From assembly GCA_965219385.1 (NCBI GenBank), contig CBDCNM010000002.1, forward strand, positions 1,668,936 to 1,732,935: a DNA stretch of 64,000 bases, written 5' to 3'. The DNA is from Candidatus Latescibacterota bacterium (GTDB taxonomy: Bacteria > Latescibacterota > UBA2968 > UBA8231). This document shows, piece after piece, positions 20,963 through 30,629 of the stretch (position 1 is its first letter; every line of letters starts with the position of its first letter). The position numbers and the translations under genes were made by a program. The notes beneath the pieces are model-generated. The model did no database searches, was not told where the DNA came from, and saw only the letters and a program-made list of their open reading frames with translations.

Positions 20963-21726
20963 TACTTGATCCTTTGCAAGGTGAGCTGGTTCATCCAGAT
21001 GAAAAAGCCGCTCATCAGTACAAAGTAGAGGGTGTGGGACAAGCCGATGAGGCCGCGGCCAAAGGCCCGGTAGTGCGGCATGACCGAGACCGACTCGTAG
21101 AGCCAGGTGCCCAGTTGCCAGGAGGGGACCTGGCCGTCGACGACCTCGACCACCTTGTCGTGGCCGCTGAGCACGGCGAAAAACCCGAGGAGGGCGGCCA
21201 CGACAAAGGCCACGATCTGATCTCTGGTCAGGCCCGAGGCAAAGAGGCCGAAGGCCAGGAAAAAGGCGCCCAGGAGCAGGGCCCCCAGGTAGTTGCACAG
21301 GATCAGGCCCAGGTCCGGATCACCCAGCCAGGCGAGCATGAAGACGATGGGCAGGCTGCCCAGCAGCACCAGCAGGTAGAAGCACAGGGCGGCCAGGTAC
21401 TTGCCCAGGACCACCTGAAAGGAGTGCAGGGGCAGGGTCATCAAAAGTTCAAAGGTGTGCTGGGCGTGCTCCTCGGCCCAGGTGCGCATGGTGATGGCCG
21501 GGACAAAGGGGATGAGCAAAAAGGGCAGAACCTCGAAGTAAGGAGACATGTCCACCACCCCGTCGAGGAAGAAGGAGTTCATGAAGGTGGTGCCCGAAAG
21601 CACCAGGAAGACACTGGCGTAGATGTAGGCGATCGGCGCGTCGAAATAGGCGCCCAGCTCCCGGGCGAAGACGATCCGCACGCCGGCGACCAGCTCGCCC
21701 GCGCTCAGCTTTGCAGTATCAGGCAT
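20959..21726 (-). CDS. ABC-2 type permease (GldF-like)
   Basis: 'RELGAYFDAPIAY', 'PAITMRTWAEE....TFELLMTLP....VVLGKY', 'SGLTRDQIVAF'. Confidence 0.9.
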   Translation of the reverse strand: MPDTAKLSAGELVAGVRIVFARELGAYFDAPIAYIYASVFLVLSGTTFMNSFFLDGVVDMSPYFEVLPFLLIPFVPAITMRTWAEEHAQHTFELLMTLPLHSFQVVLGKYLAALCFYLLVLLGSLPIVFMLAWLGDPDLGLILCNYLGALLLGAFFLAFGLFASGLTRDQIVAFVVAALLGFFAVLSGHDKVVEVVDGQVPSWQLGTWLYESVSVMPHYRAFGRGLIGLSHTLYFVLMSGFFIWMNQLTLQRIKY

Positions 21727-22450
21727 GGGCGGATTGGCGCACCAGGTGGGCGAAGAGTTCTTCCAGCGCGGCCCCGGGCACCCCGGCCTGGGCGGCCAGG
21801 TCCGGGAGACGGCCGGAGGCCAGGAGACGGCCCTGGTGGATGATCAGGACCCGGTCGCTGATGGCCTCCACGTCGGCGATGATGTGGGTGCTGAAGAGGA
21901 TGGCGCGGTCCGGGCTCAGATCCCGCAGCATCTGGCGAAAGGCCAGGACCTGAAGCGGATCGAAGCCGTGGGTGGGCTCGTCCAGCAGCAGGACCGGCGG
22001 ATCGTGGATCAGGGCCGTGGCCAGGCCGATGCGCTGGCGGAAACCAGTAGAGCACTGATCGATGCGCTGCCCGAGGACCGGTTCCAGGCCGCAGACCTGC
22101 ACGGTCCGGGCAAAGCGTCGTTCGAGCTCGGGTTTGCGCAGGCCGCGGGCCTTGCCGATGAAGAGGAGAAATTTGTCGACCCGCATGCCCTGGTAGAGCG
22201 GGGTATCGCCGGAGAGGTAGCCGATGCGGCGGCGCACCGCCAGGGGGTTTTCCGCCACGTCCAGGCCGTCGATGGCGATCTTGCCGGCGGTGGGCAGGAG
22301 GAAGGTGGAGAGCATCTTGAGCACGGTGCTCTTGCCGGCGCCGTTGGGACCGACAAAACCGACGATTTCGTTTTCTTCGACCTTGAAGCTGACGTTGTCT
22401 ACCGCGGTGAGGGTGCCGTAGCGCCGGGTGACGGATTCGACGGAGATCAT
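21719..22450 (-). CDS. ABC transporter ATP-binding protein (GldA-like)
   Basis: Walker A 'GPNGAGKST', signature-like 'STGFRQRIG', Walker B 'LLLDEPT', H-switch 'STH'. Confidence 0.93.
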   Translation of the reverse strand: MISVESVTRRYGTLTAVDNVSFKVEENEIVGFVGPNGAGKSTVLKMLSTFLLPTAGKIAIDGLDVAENPLAVRRRIGYLSGDTPLYQGMRVDKFLLFIGKARGLRKPELERRFARTVQVCGLEPVLGQRIDQCSTGFRQRIGLATALIHDPPVLLLDEPTHGFDPLQVLAFRQMLRDLSPDRAILFSTHIIADVEAISDRVLIIHQGRLLASGRLPDLAAQAGVPGAALEELFAHLVRQSAHA

Positions 22451-22466
22451 AAAATACTTGCTGTAT

Positions 22467-24191
22467 TCAATCCAGGAGAAGCAGGTGCAATAGTTCCTGC
22501 AGGCGCCGCTCCTGCGCCCCGGTCAATTTCTCGACTTCTTCGAGCGCCGCCAGGGAGTCCAGTTCCTCGGTGAGTTGCTCGAATTCGGCGCGGCTCAACC
22601 TGCGGATCCCGACGCCGAGTTCGGCGTATTCCTCCAGGTAATCCTGAAAATCTATTTCCAGTTCTTCTTGGTGGGATTTTGCCGACCGCAGATCTTCGCC
22701 CAGCATCTCGCCCATCCTTTCCATGGCTTCCTCGAAGGGCTCGCTGCGGGCCTTGTCCGTGGCATAGGCTATGGTCCCCTGTTCCCGTCGAGAAACTCCG
22801 TTCCAATCTCTCCGGCGCGCTTGGACACGGAGCCGGCGGATATGCCATAGCGCTGGGCCACTACCTGCTGGGTCTGGTCCCGAAGGCCTTCGATCCAGCC
22901 GATGATATAGACCACGGCCGCGGCCCATACCTCCAGCTTGGAGATGCGCGGGGCGTGGAACTGGTAGAAGTCGCGCCACAGCATGCGTCCGTTCAGGGTT
23001 TGTTGAGCGTCGAAGTTCGCTGCGGGCATGGTGTCGCGCAATAACTCCTCCACGGCGCCGGCCTTGCCGGGCAGAGGGGAATGGGCTTCGCTTTCCAGGG
23101 ACGGTAGTTGCACCGACGCCTTCCCCTCGAACAAGGTCCGGGCGATCAGCCGGTGAAAGCGGCGGTACTCCAGGGGGATTGGACGGGCATTGTGGATGTT
23201 GGCCCGCAGGGCCTGGGCCAGGCGTCGGCGGACGTTCTTGGCGTTGATAGGCACCATAGGTATTCCCTGCTGATTGGACATCTGTATTATTTCGGCGAAT
23301 TCCTCGGGCCCGGTGGATGGCTTGAGAAAAAAGTCTTTGATGGCGCCGCCCCAATGGGCTGTATCGATCAGGAAGGAGAACAAAAATCAGCTGATCCAGC
23401 GATTGCTCCCAGATAAAGAGCAACTGGGTCTGGGTAGCCTGTGGGCCCATCTCCGAGACATACCCCTGGGAGAAGCGGCCCGCATGGGTGGCGGATACCA
23501 TATCCGGGCTGGGCTTCAAATCGCGCCAGCGCATTTCCTCCAGGCCCTGGCCGGCCAGGTCGCGAATTGCGTCCTCCGGGCAAAACTCGCGCAGGACCCA
23601 GAGCATATCCGCGGCTACGGGTCGGTCCTGCTCGGCCAGGGCCTGGACCAGGGTCCGCAGCATATCCGCACTGTTTCCCCGCCCCATGAAGTGGCCGATC
23701 TCATCGAAGAGTTCGTCCAGCATGAAAGCCCGTTCTTCTACCCTGACCTGTTGTAGTTGCCGTTCGGTGTCGTCCAGGATCTTCTGCAGGATTGCGTGGA
23801 TGTTTCCCGCCTCGGAGGCAGGCAGGTCCTCCAGGTCGAGGGGTTCCCCCAGAGCGTGCAGGACAATGGCCGCATCGGTGCGAATGCGGGGCGCCAGATG
23901 GGGGGTGCGGGCGATTTGAAGCATCTGTTCAATCACGGCATTGCCGCCGATTTTTTCCAGGGCCCAGACCAGGGCGGTGGAGTCATCGTCGGGCTCGAGT
24001 CGGGTGAGGCGACGGCACAGTTCGTCGACCATTTCGTCCGACCCGAAATCCTGGATACCCCCCTGTAGCACGGCATTGGCGTCGCCGAGGTTGCGACTTC
24101 CCTCGGCAAAGACCTGGGCCAGTTCGTTCAGGACCGCCGACGCTCCGAGGCGTCCCCGCATGTCTACTATTTTATTGTTGCCATTGGCCAT
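22467..24191 (-). CDS. Helical (HEAT-like) protein with a C-terminal HTH-like motif, interrupted by two compensating homopolymer frameshifts
   Basis: Protein-like sequence runs in frame A to ~23385, in frame B from 23383 to ~22785 ('WAAAVVYII...TQQVVAQRYGISAGSVSKR'), then in frame A again to 22467. Confidence 0.55.
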   Translation of the reverse strand: MANGNNKIVDMRGRLGASAVLNELAQVFAEGSRNLGDANAVLQGGIQDFGSDEMVDELCRRLTRLEPDDDSTALVWALEKIGGNAVIEQMLQIARTPHLAPRIRTDAAIVLHALGEPLDLEDLPASEAGNIHAILQKILDDTERQLQQVRVEERAFMLDELFDEIGHFMGRGNSADMLRTLVQALAEQDRPVAADMLWVLREFCPEDAIRDLAGQGLEEMRWRDLKPSPDMVSATHAGRFSQGYVSEMGPQATQTQLLFIWEQSLDQLIFVLLPDRYSPLGRRHQRLFSQAIHRARGIRRNNTDVQSAGNTYGAYQRQERPPTPGPGPAGQHPQCPSNPPGVPPLSPADRPDLVRGEGVGATTVPGKRSPFPSARQGRRRGGVIARHHARSELRRSTNPERTHAVARLLPVPRPAHLQAGGMGRGRGLYHRLDRRPSGPDPAGSGPALWHIRRLRVQARRRDWNGVSRREQGTIAYATDKARSEPFEEAMERMGEMLGEDLRSAKSHQEELEIDFQDYLEEYAELGVGIRRLSRAEFEQLTEELDSLAALEEVEKLTGAQERRLQELLHLLLLD

Positions 24192-24304
24192 TTGCCACTG
24201 CCTTTTTGTCGCTCGCAAAAGGACAAAGAGTAAATTACGGGAAAAACACCTCAAAATAAAAGAAAAATAAAAGGCCCGGCTGGCAACTGCTCTACGGCCC
24301 TTGC

Positions 24305-26011
24305 CTATTTCTGCTTCACCGCCAGCGTCCTCAGGCGGTTGAGGGCCGCGGCCAGCTCGTACCTGCGGAAAAGGGCGTGGTCGCCCACAGGGTACGGACT
24401 GAGCACATCCAGTCCTTTCTTCTCGATGTCCTCCATGACCAGGGCCAGCAGTTCGCTCAGAGTGCGGCGGCCGTCCATGTAGTTGTGCCGCGCGTAGACG
24501 AGGGCCGCGGCCAGGGCGCGGGTCTGGCTGGGGTCCACCAGCTGTTCCACTGCGTCCAGGTCGATGGCCTCGGTGCCGAAGAGGATGGTGCGCACCCCTT
24601 GACTCTTGACGTTTACCTCGCGCCGGCCTTTGCTGGGATCAATGCTTTGCTGCAGGGGGACGCGGGGGGTGAGGGCGCCGAAGGAGTCGCCGCCTTCGGG
24701 CCAGCGTCGGGCTTGAAAAGAAGCGGCGATGGTCCGGGCTTCCTGGGTGACCTCGCGCGGCACGTAGTTTTCCATGGCGATGACGGTGTCGGCCACGTCG
24801 AAGTAATCGCCGCTGCCGCCCACCACCAGGATGGTGGAAACCCCGTGCTGGTCGTAGAGCTGCCTCACCCGGTCGACGAAGGGGGTGATGGGCTCGTTTT
24901 CCTTGGCAATGAGTTGCTGCATGCGCTGGTCGCGGATCATGAAGTTGGTGGCCGCGGTATCCTCGTCGATGAGCAGGAGGCTGGCACCGGCTTCGAGGGC
25001 CTCGATGATGTTGGCGGCCTGGGAGGTGGAGCCCGAGGCATTGTCGGTGGAAAAGTCGCGGGTGTCGCGGCTGTAGGGCAGGGCGTTGATGAAGGGCGAG
25101 ATGTCCACTCCGGCCACCCGCCGGCCGTCCTCGGCGCGAATCTTGAAAGCGCCGGGGTGGGCCACGACCTGCTCGCGGCCGTCGCCGGGCACGTGGTTGT
25201 AGACCCCGCGCTCCAGGGCATTGAGCAAGGTGGACTTGCCGTGGAAACCGCCGCCCACGATCAGGGTGACGCCCCGGGGAATGCCCATGCCCGCGGTGCT
25301 ACCGGCGTTGGGCAGGTCGAATTCCACCTGCAAGGAGGCAGGGGACTGAAAGGAAACAGCGCCTTGCAGGGGGCGGTCGTCTATGCCGGTGCGGCGCGGC
25401 AGGATGCTGTGGTTGGCCACAAAGGCGACCAGGCCGCGCTCTTCGAGCCGGGCGCGCAGAAAATCGGCGTCTTCGCTGGTCCGGGTGTAGCGGTCGATGG
25501 CCTGTGCATCGTTGTTGTGGTAGACCAGCGCTGCCCGCGCAATGGCGGGCACGTCCTCGCACAGCATGGCGGCGGCCTGGTGGCCCAGGACGCGGCGACT
25601 CGAGGCGGGCAGGCCCACGACAAAGCGGGCCTCGAGGTATTCGGGGGTGACGCCGATACAGGTGCGCTCGAGGATCTGCTGGCCGGGGGCGTCGATTTCG
25701 ATCAGACCGCTCTTGCCCGAGCCGCGGTTTGCCCGGGTGCGCTGTGCGGCCCGGGCAAACCGGCCGGCCAGGTAGGTGCACAGGGCGATGCGCCGGCTTT
25801 TGGGGGCAAAGGTTTCGGGAGGGTAGCCGGCTTTGTCTTGAGGCAGGCACAAACGCAGGCGGCTGGGGGCGGCAAAAGGGTCGCCCTGGACGTGGTCGAT
25901 GTGGAGGGTGAAGATGGGAAAGGCGTAGGTGCCGCGGATGTCTTTGTAGGCCTTGTAACCGCGGCCGTCGATGCGGGCGAGGGTGTGGCGGAGGTTTTGG
26001 TGTGTGGGCAT
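24305..26011 (-). CDS. ABC-ATPase domain-containing protein (predicted ATPase of the ABC class)
   Basis: 'IDGRGYKAYKDI', 'DHVQGDPFAAPSR', Walker A 'GGGFHGKSTLL', 'NASGSTSQAA', 'LIDEDT.ATNFMIRD'. Confidence 0.9.
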   Translation of the reverse strand: MPTHQNLRHTLARIDGRGYKAYKDIRGTYAFPIFTLHIDHVQGDPFAAPSRLRLCLPQDKAGYPPETFAPKSRRIALCTYLAGRFARAAQRTRANRGSGKSGLIEIDAPGQQILERTCIGVTPEYLEARFVVGLPASSRRVLGHQAAAMLCEDVPAIARAALVYHNNDAQAIDRYTRTSEDADFLRARLEERGLVAFVANHSILPRRTGIDDRPLQGAVSFQSPASLQVEFDLPNAGSTAGMGIPRGVTLIVGGGFHGKSTLLNALERGVYNHVPGDGREQVVAHPGAFKIRAEDGRRVAGVDISPFINALPYSRDTRDFSTDNASGSTSQAANIIEALEAGASLLLIDEDTAATNFMIRDQRMQQLIAKENEPITPFVDRVRQLYDQHGVSTILVVGGSGDYFDVADTVIAMENYVPREVTQEARTIAASFQARRWPEGGDSFGALTPRVPLQQSIDPSKGRREVNVKSQGVRTILFGTEAIDLDAVEQLVDPSQTRALAAALVYARHNYMDGRRTLSELLALVMEDIEKKGLDVLSPYPVGDHALFRRYELAAALNRLRTLAVKQK

Positions 26012-26041
26012 GGTGAGGGGGGTGCAGGTGGAACGGATGCA

Positions 26042-26069
26042 TTGACAGGATGAAGACAATTTGTAGAAT
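26042..26069 (+). promoter_or_regulatory. Sigma70-type promoter
   Basis: TTGACA-16 bp-TAGAAT, about 30 bp upstream of the 26100 ORF. Confidence 0.55.
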
Positions 26070-26099
26070 AGCTAGTAGCAAGTCAACAGGCGGAGAGCA

Positions 26100-27545
26100 A
26101 TGAGCGCAGACCACTACCCCGGCCCCAACGAAGAGGTCCTGGAAGCCCAGGCCAGGGTCTGCACCGGGCCGCACCAGAGCCGGCCTCTGGGGAAGAAGGA
26201 AGGGGATCCCCGGCCCGAGCGGATCCTGGAGTTGATCGTGCAATCGGCCAGGGAAGAGTTGCCTTGTGAGCAGCGGGTTTCCACCGCGCAGATGGGGGCG
26301 TTCTTTGCGGCCATGACCATTCGCCGCAGGTTCGGGGAAGAGACCGGCTGGAGCCAGGCCGAGCAGGAGGCCATGGCGCACTACGGTGCCGAGCTGGAAG
26401 CGTGCCTGCCGGCACAGGTGCTCTTTTTGCTGGATCCGACGCGCGGTTATACGGCGACCAGTGCCCGGGAGGAAAAGGTGGCCGTGGCGCTGGGAAAGAT
26501 CCTGCAGGGGCAACACCTCGGCTACGAGGAGACCCGCCAGAGCCTGGAGATCATCCTCGCCGACCAGGTCGAGGACGCCTGGAAGGCCGCGGTGCTGATC
26601 GGGCAGCGCATGAACCTGGAGAGCTACGACGAGCTATGCGGCTACCTGGACGCGGTCTCGGGACCCGAAGAGGTCCTGCCGCTCGAGGTGGATTCACTGA
26701 CCCACTTTGGGCAGCCCTTTGATGGGGCGACGCGCTACTTCCGGCCGACCCTGTTCGTGGCCGCGGTGCGCGCGGCCCTGGGCCGGGCTTCGGTGCTGCA
26801 CGGGGTCGACGAGATGCCCCCCAAGAGCGGAGTGACCGAGGAGCAGATCCTCCGGGCACTGGGGGCGCGCAAAGAAGGGTCGCGGGCAGAGGCCGCGGCT
26901 TTGATCCAGGATCCCGAGGTGGGTTTTGCCTACCTGAGTCAGCGGGTCTACGCTCCGGGGGCCTACCGCCTGCGCTTGTTGCGGGTGCACATCAAGAAGC
27001 GCCCGCCCTGGGCCACCACCGAGAAAGCCCAGCACTTGTTTTCCTGCCCGGGGCGCAACCACATGGTGGTTGGTTTTTACCACGCCGGGTACGAAGAGCC
27101 CTTGCTACGGCTGATGTGGGAGCGCGGTTTTGCCGCTGGAGTGGTGATCAAGGGCGAGGAAGGCTCGAGCCATTACTCTTTGCGTCTGAGGCAGCCCTCC
27201 ACCGCCGCGCGCAAGGCCATCAACTACACCGAGGGGTTTCGCCGGGTGGGTGGGAAAAGGGCGGATTTTGCCGCGGATGTGGACCCGGGGGAATTCGGTT
27301 TTGTCTACCCTCAGAGTCCACGCCTGGAGGAGGTGAGCGCCGCGGCCTTTGCCCAGGCCGGGGTCGAGGCCCTCGAGGGGAAGCGCGGGCACGTGTACGA
27401 CCGGATCGCCCTGAACGCGGGGATGGTGGATTACTGGCTGGGGTTGTGTCCCGATCCGCACGAAGCCGTGGTCCAGGCCAGAGAAGCAATGGACAGCGGC
27501 CGGGCGCTGGTGCGTTTGCAGACCTATGTCGCGCGTTGCAGGTAG
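26100..27545 (+). CDS. Anthranilate phosphoribosyltransferase-like (glycosyltransferase family 3, YbiB/TrpD2-like) protein
   Basis: 'AQMGAFFAAM', 'GQPFDG.TR', 'LHGV..MPPK.G', 'KKRPP.AT.EK', 'G.YH.GY', 'KGEEG', 'LNAG'. Confidence 0.75.
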   Translation: MSADHYPGPNEEVLEAQARVCTGPHQSRPLGKKEGDPRPERILELIVQSAREELPCEQRVSTAQMGAFFAAMTIRRRFGEETGWSQAEQEAMAHYGAELEACLPAQVLFLLDPTRGYTATSAREEKVAVALGKILQGQHLGYEETRQSLEIILADQVEDAWKAAVLIGQRMNLESYDELCGYLDAVSGPEEVLPLEVDSLTHFGQPFDGATRYFRPTLFVAAVRAALGRASVLHGVDEMPPKSGVTEEQILRALGARKEGSRAEAAALIQDPEVGFAYLSQRVYAPGAYRLRLLRVHIKKRPPWATTEKAQHLFSCPGRNHMVVGFYHAGYEEPLLRLMWERGFAAGVVIKGEEGSSHYSLRLRQPSTAARKAINYTEGFRRVGGKRADFAADVDPGEFGFVYPQSPRLEEVSAAAFAQAGVEALEGKRGHVYDRIALNAGMVDYWLGLCPDPHEAVVQAREAMDSGRALVRLQTYVARCR

Positions 27546-28162
27546 ATGCGAATCTGCCGCATGGAGCGGCGAAAGCTTTCCTGGATGGGTTCCTTATAAG
27601 ATTCAAAGGCCGCGAATTCAACGTCTCTTTCCTGGATTTCGTCCGGCCGTTCGGCAAAGCGGCTCTGGCCCCGGACATGTTCCCGCCGGCCGTCCAGGAG
27701 TTGGATGAAATCCTCCAGTCCCAGTTCCACAAAGCCGCTCACTTCCTCGTTGAAGCAAACCTCCCGCAGATCAATGGGCCGGTGGCACAGGTAGAAGTGC
27801 TGGATGACCCGGCGGCACGGGCCGGTGTGGTTGGCCAGAGGGCGCTGGTCCAGGTGGATCAGGTCTTCCGGCTCCAGCTCGACCCCGACCTCCTCGCGGA
27901 ATTCCCGCAGGGCGCCCTGGCGATGGGTCTCGGAGGCCTGTACGTGCCCGCCGGCCGGGGCGTCCAGGTTGCCCAGGAAGGGATCCCCGGGCCGGGCCCG
28001 CATCTGCAGCAGGGTGCGGGCCCGGCCGTCCTGGTCCAGGCGCGCGGCCCAGACAAAGACCAGCCAGTGCCAGTCGTGATCGCGGTGGACCTGGGCGCGG
28101 GTTTTGGCGCCGATCCTGCGGCCCCTGTCGTCGAAGATGGCAAGCAGCTCGGAAGCGGACAT
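27524..28162 (-). CDS. NUDIX hydrolase (IDI type 1-like)
   Basis: 'G.KTRAQVHRD.DWH' and Nudix box 'GGHVQASETHRQGALREFREEVGV'. Confidence 0.82.
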   Translation of the reverse strand: MSASELLAIFDDRGRRIGAKTRAQVHRDHDWHWLVFVWAARLDQDGRARTLLQMRARPGDPFLGNLDAPAGGHVQASETHRQGALREFREEVGVELEPEDLIHLDQRPLANHTGPCRRVIQHFYLCHRPIDLREVCFNEEVSGFVELGLEDFIQLLDGRREHVRGQSRFAERPDEIQERDVEFAAFESYKEPIQESFRRSMRQIRIYLQRAT

Positions 28163-28164
28163 TT

Positions 28165-28971
28165 TTACCACATGCTCACGGCGGTCAGGGCCTGCAAGGC
28201 AAAGGCGAGGAGGGTGAGCACGAGGCACAGACCGGCTCCGACATAGGCCCCCAGGCCTTCGCGCCCCTGCACCTTGCTGAACAGATAGGCCATGCCGTAG
28301 CCGCCGACAAAGCCGCCCAGGTGGGCCAGATTGTCCACCCCCGGGAAGACCAGGCCGAAGACAAAGAGGATGACGGCCCACTGCAAAAACTGCCGGGTAA
28401 AGAGGGAACTGCCCTGCTGGCGGCCGTACACGACGGCGGCGGCCAGCAGGCCGAAGATGGAGCCCGAAGCCCCCAAGGTATAGGCGTTGCCCATGAAGGA
28501 GGAGATGAGAAAGCCGAAGAAGCCGGCGACCGTAAAGATGGTGAAGAGGCGAAAGGGGCCGAAGAGTTCTTCGACCAGGGGAGCCAGCTGGCGCACCCAC
28601 ATCATGTTGAAGAAGATGTGCAGCAGCCCTCCGTGCAGGTACATGGCGGTGATCAGAGTCCACCAGTGCCCCAATCTGAAAACGGGATCGGCCCCGGTCA
28701 TGCCGAGCATGAAGCTGGCTTGAACGCTGGGAGCCAGCAGGTTCATCATGCCCCCGGTTTCGAAGATGGCGCCCGGATCCAGCAGCAGGGCGAGGATGTA
28801 GAGACCTATGCACACCCACAGGATCAGGCGGGTGAAATCCAGCTGGAGCCCCAGCTTGCGCATGGCCGAGGTGAAACCCCACAGCCCGGGCCGGACCTGG
28901 CCGCAGAAGGGGCACTGGGTCGCGTCGTTACTGATCAGTTTGTGGCAGTTGGGGCAGAGGATGGCGGGCAT
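28165..28971 (-). CDS. Rhomboid family intramembrane serine protease with N-terminal zinc ribbon
   Basis: CPNC/CPFC, 'WWTLITAMYLHGGLLHIFFNM', catalytic 'GASG' and 'AHLGGF'. Confidence 0.92.
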   Translation of the reverse strand: MPAILCPNCHKLISNDATQCPFCGQVRPGLWGFTSAMRKLGLQLDFTRLILWVCIGLYILALLLDPGAIFETGGMMNLLAPSVQASFMLGMTGADPVFRLGHWWTLITAMYLHGGLLHIFFNMMWVRQLAPLVEELFGPFRLFTIFTVAGFFGFLISSFMGNAYTLGASGSIFGLLAAAVVYGRQQGSSLFTRQFLQWAVILFVFGLVFPGVDNLAHLGGFVGGYGMAYLFSKVQGREGLGAYVGAGLCLVLTLLAFALQALTAVSMW

Positions 28972-29568
28972 GGGGATCTCCTGTAGAGAAAGTGTTCAAC
29001 GGTGTACTGGGCCACGGTCCCGCTCTCAAAGAGTTCGGTTGTTTCCGCCTGATGCTGGATCACTGCGCAGACTTCGTCACTCAGTTCCAGGGTCAAAGAT
29101 TGGGAGATGTATTTCCCGAATACAGGGCTGCGCTCAACTCTTGTAAAATATGCGGAACGAGAAATCCGGTCAACGGACAGCGTATTGGGCAATTTGTTCA
29201 AAGCTTCTTGAAGTCGGCAAATACTCAGTACTTCACGAAATACCCGTACCTATTTGGATCTCAAGGCCGGGAGGGGATTTTGCCGGAGGCGTTTTGTGGG
29301 GAGATGGAGCGGGGGAAAGGGTGCTCTGGGACTCAGGCCTGCCTGGGGGGGTGGCGAGGGGCAAGAGCGCCCTGGGACTCATAAAACGCCAGAGGCACAA
29401 GCCCCGCACGGCCGAGCGCCAATTCCGTGAAGTACTGGTACTGGGTCCGCCGCTGGAAAATCGGTGAAAAATAGCTGATTCTCCGTACCAGGGTTTTGTT
29501 GAATACTCTTTTAGATTACCTTTTGCTGGAAAAAATCCAGGACCATATACTCGACTGGAGAAAGACGG

Positions 29569-30585
29569 ATGGCAAAGAAGGTGAAAGTCGGCATCATCGG
29601 TCTGGGCTGGCCCGGGCGCGAGCACCTCAAGGGCTACAAGCAGTGCGCCGACGCGCAGGTCGTCGCCCTGTGCGACATGAATACCGAACTCGCCCGGCAA
29701 CAGGCCGAAGAGCACGGGATCGAGGCAGTCTACGCGGATCACAAGAAGATGCTGAAGGAGGCCGGGATCGACGCGGTGAGCGTGTGTCTGCCCAACTTCC
29801 TCCACGCCCCGGTCAGCCTGGACGCGCTGCGGGCGGGCCTGCACGTGATCTGCGAAAAACCGCCCGGCATGAACGCCCGGGAAGCTCGGAGGATGGCCGC
29901 TGCGGCCAAGGCGGGCGGGCTGACCCTCCAGTACGCCCTCAGCCAGCGCTTTGGCGGAGCGGCCCGGCTGGCAAAGGACTACATCGACAAGGGCGAGTTG
30001 GGCGAGATCTACTACGGCCGGGCCGTGTACCACCGTCGGCGCGGCATCCCGCTGGGCACCCAATCCTGGTTTGTCAACAAAAAGCTCAGTGGCGGCGGCG
30101 CCCTCATCGACATCGGGGTGCACGCCCTCGACTGCGCCTGGTGGTTGATGGGTACGCCCAGGCCGGTGTCGGTGTCGGGCAACACCTACCAGAAGTTCGG
30201 GCACGTGGTTCCGAAAGGCGCAAAATTCGATGTGGACGACTCGGGCTTCGGACTGATCAAGTTCGACAACGGGGCCATCCTGGTCCTCGAGTGCAGCTGG
30301 GCCCTCAATCTGCCAGGCAACAACGCCATCCAGGTCGCGGGCACCAAGGGCGGCGCCGAACTCAACCCGATGAAGATCTACATGGAGCGCGACGGCATCC
30401 AGCTCGACGTTTCACCCGAGGTGCCCGGTGCCGATGCATTCGCCGGCCAGACCGGTCATTTTATCGAGTGCATCCAGAAGAAGAAAACGCCGCTCATGTC
30501 GGGCGAACAGGGGGTGCAGCTCATGCAGATGCTGGATGCGATCTACAAGTCGGCCTCGAGCGGAAAGGAAGTGCGGATCAGATAA
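29569..30585 (+). CDS. Gfo/Idh/MocA family oxidoreductase
   Basis: 'VGIIGLG', 'PNFLH', 'HVICEKP', 'GGGALIDIGVH.LD'. Confidence 0.93.
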   Translation: MAKKVKVGIIGLGWPGREHLKGYKQCADAQVVALCDMNTELARQQAEEHGIEAVYADHKKMLKEAGIDAVSVCLPNFLHAPVSLDALRAGLHVICEKPPGMNAREARRMAAAAKAGGLTLQYALSQRFGGAARLAKDYIDKGELGEIYYGRAVYHRRRGIPLGTQSWFVNKKLSGGGALIDIGVHALDCAWWLMGTPRPVSVSGNTYQKFGHVVPKGAKFDVDDSGFGLIKFDNGAILVLECSWALNLPGNNAIQVAGTKGGAELNPMKIYMERDGIQLDVSPEVPGADAFAGQTGHFIECIQKKKTPLMSGEQGVQLMQMLDAIYKSASSGKEVRIR

Positions 30586-30629
30586 AGGAAGCAAGATGTA
30601 AAGCTGATGGTCCCCCAAGAGAAACAAAC

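Noticed and set aside
18392..21028. 878-aa plus-strand ORF
   Set aside because: Antisense shadow of the GldG-like gene.
27524..28915. 463-aa ORF as a rhomboid-overlapping NUDIX fusion
   Set aside because: Only the part from ATG 28162 is protein-like. The rest is an off-frame read of the rhomboid gene.
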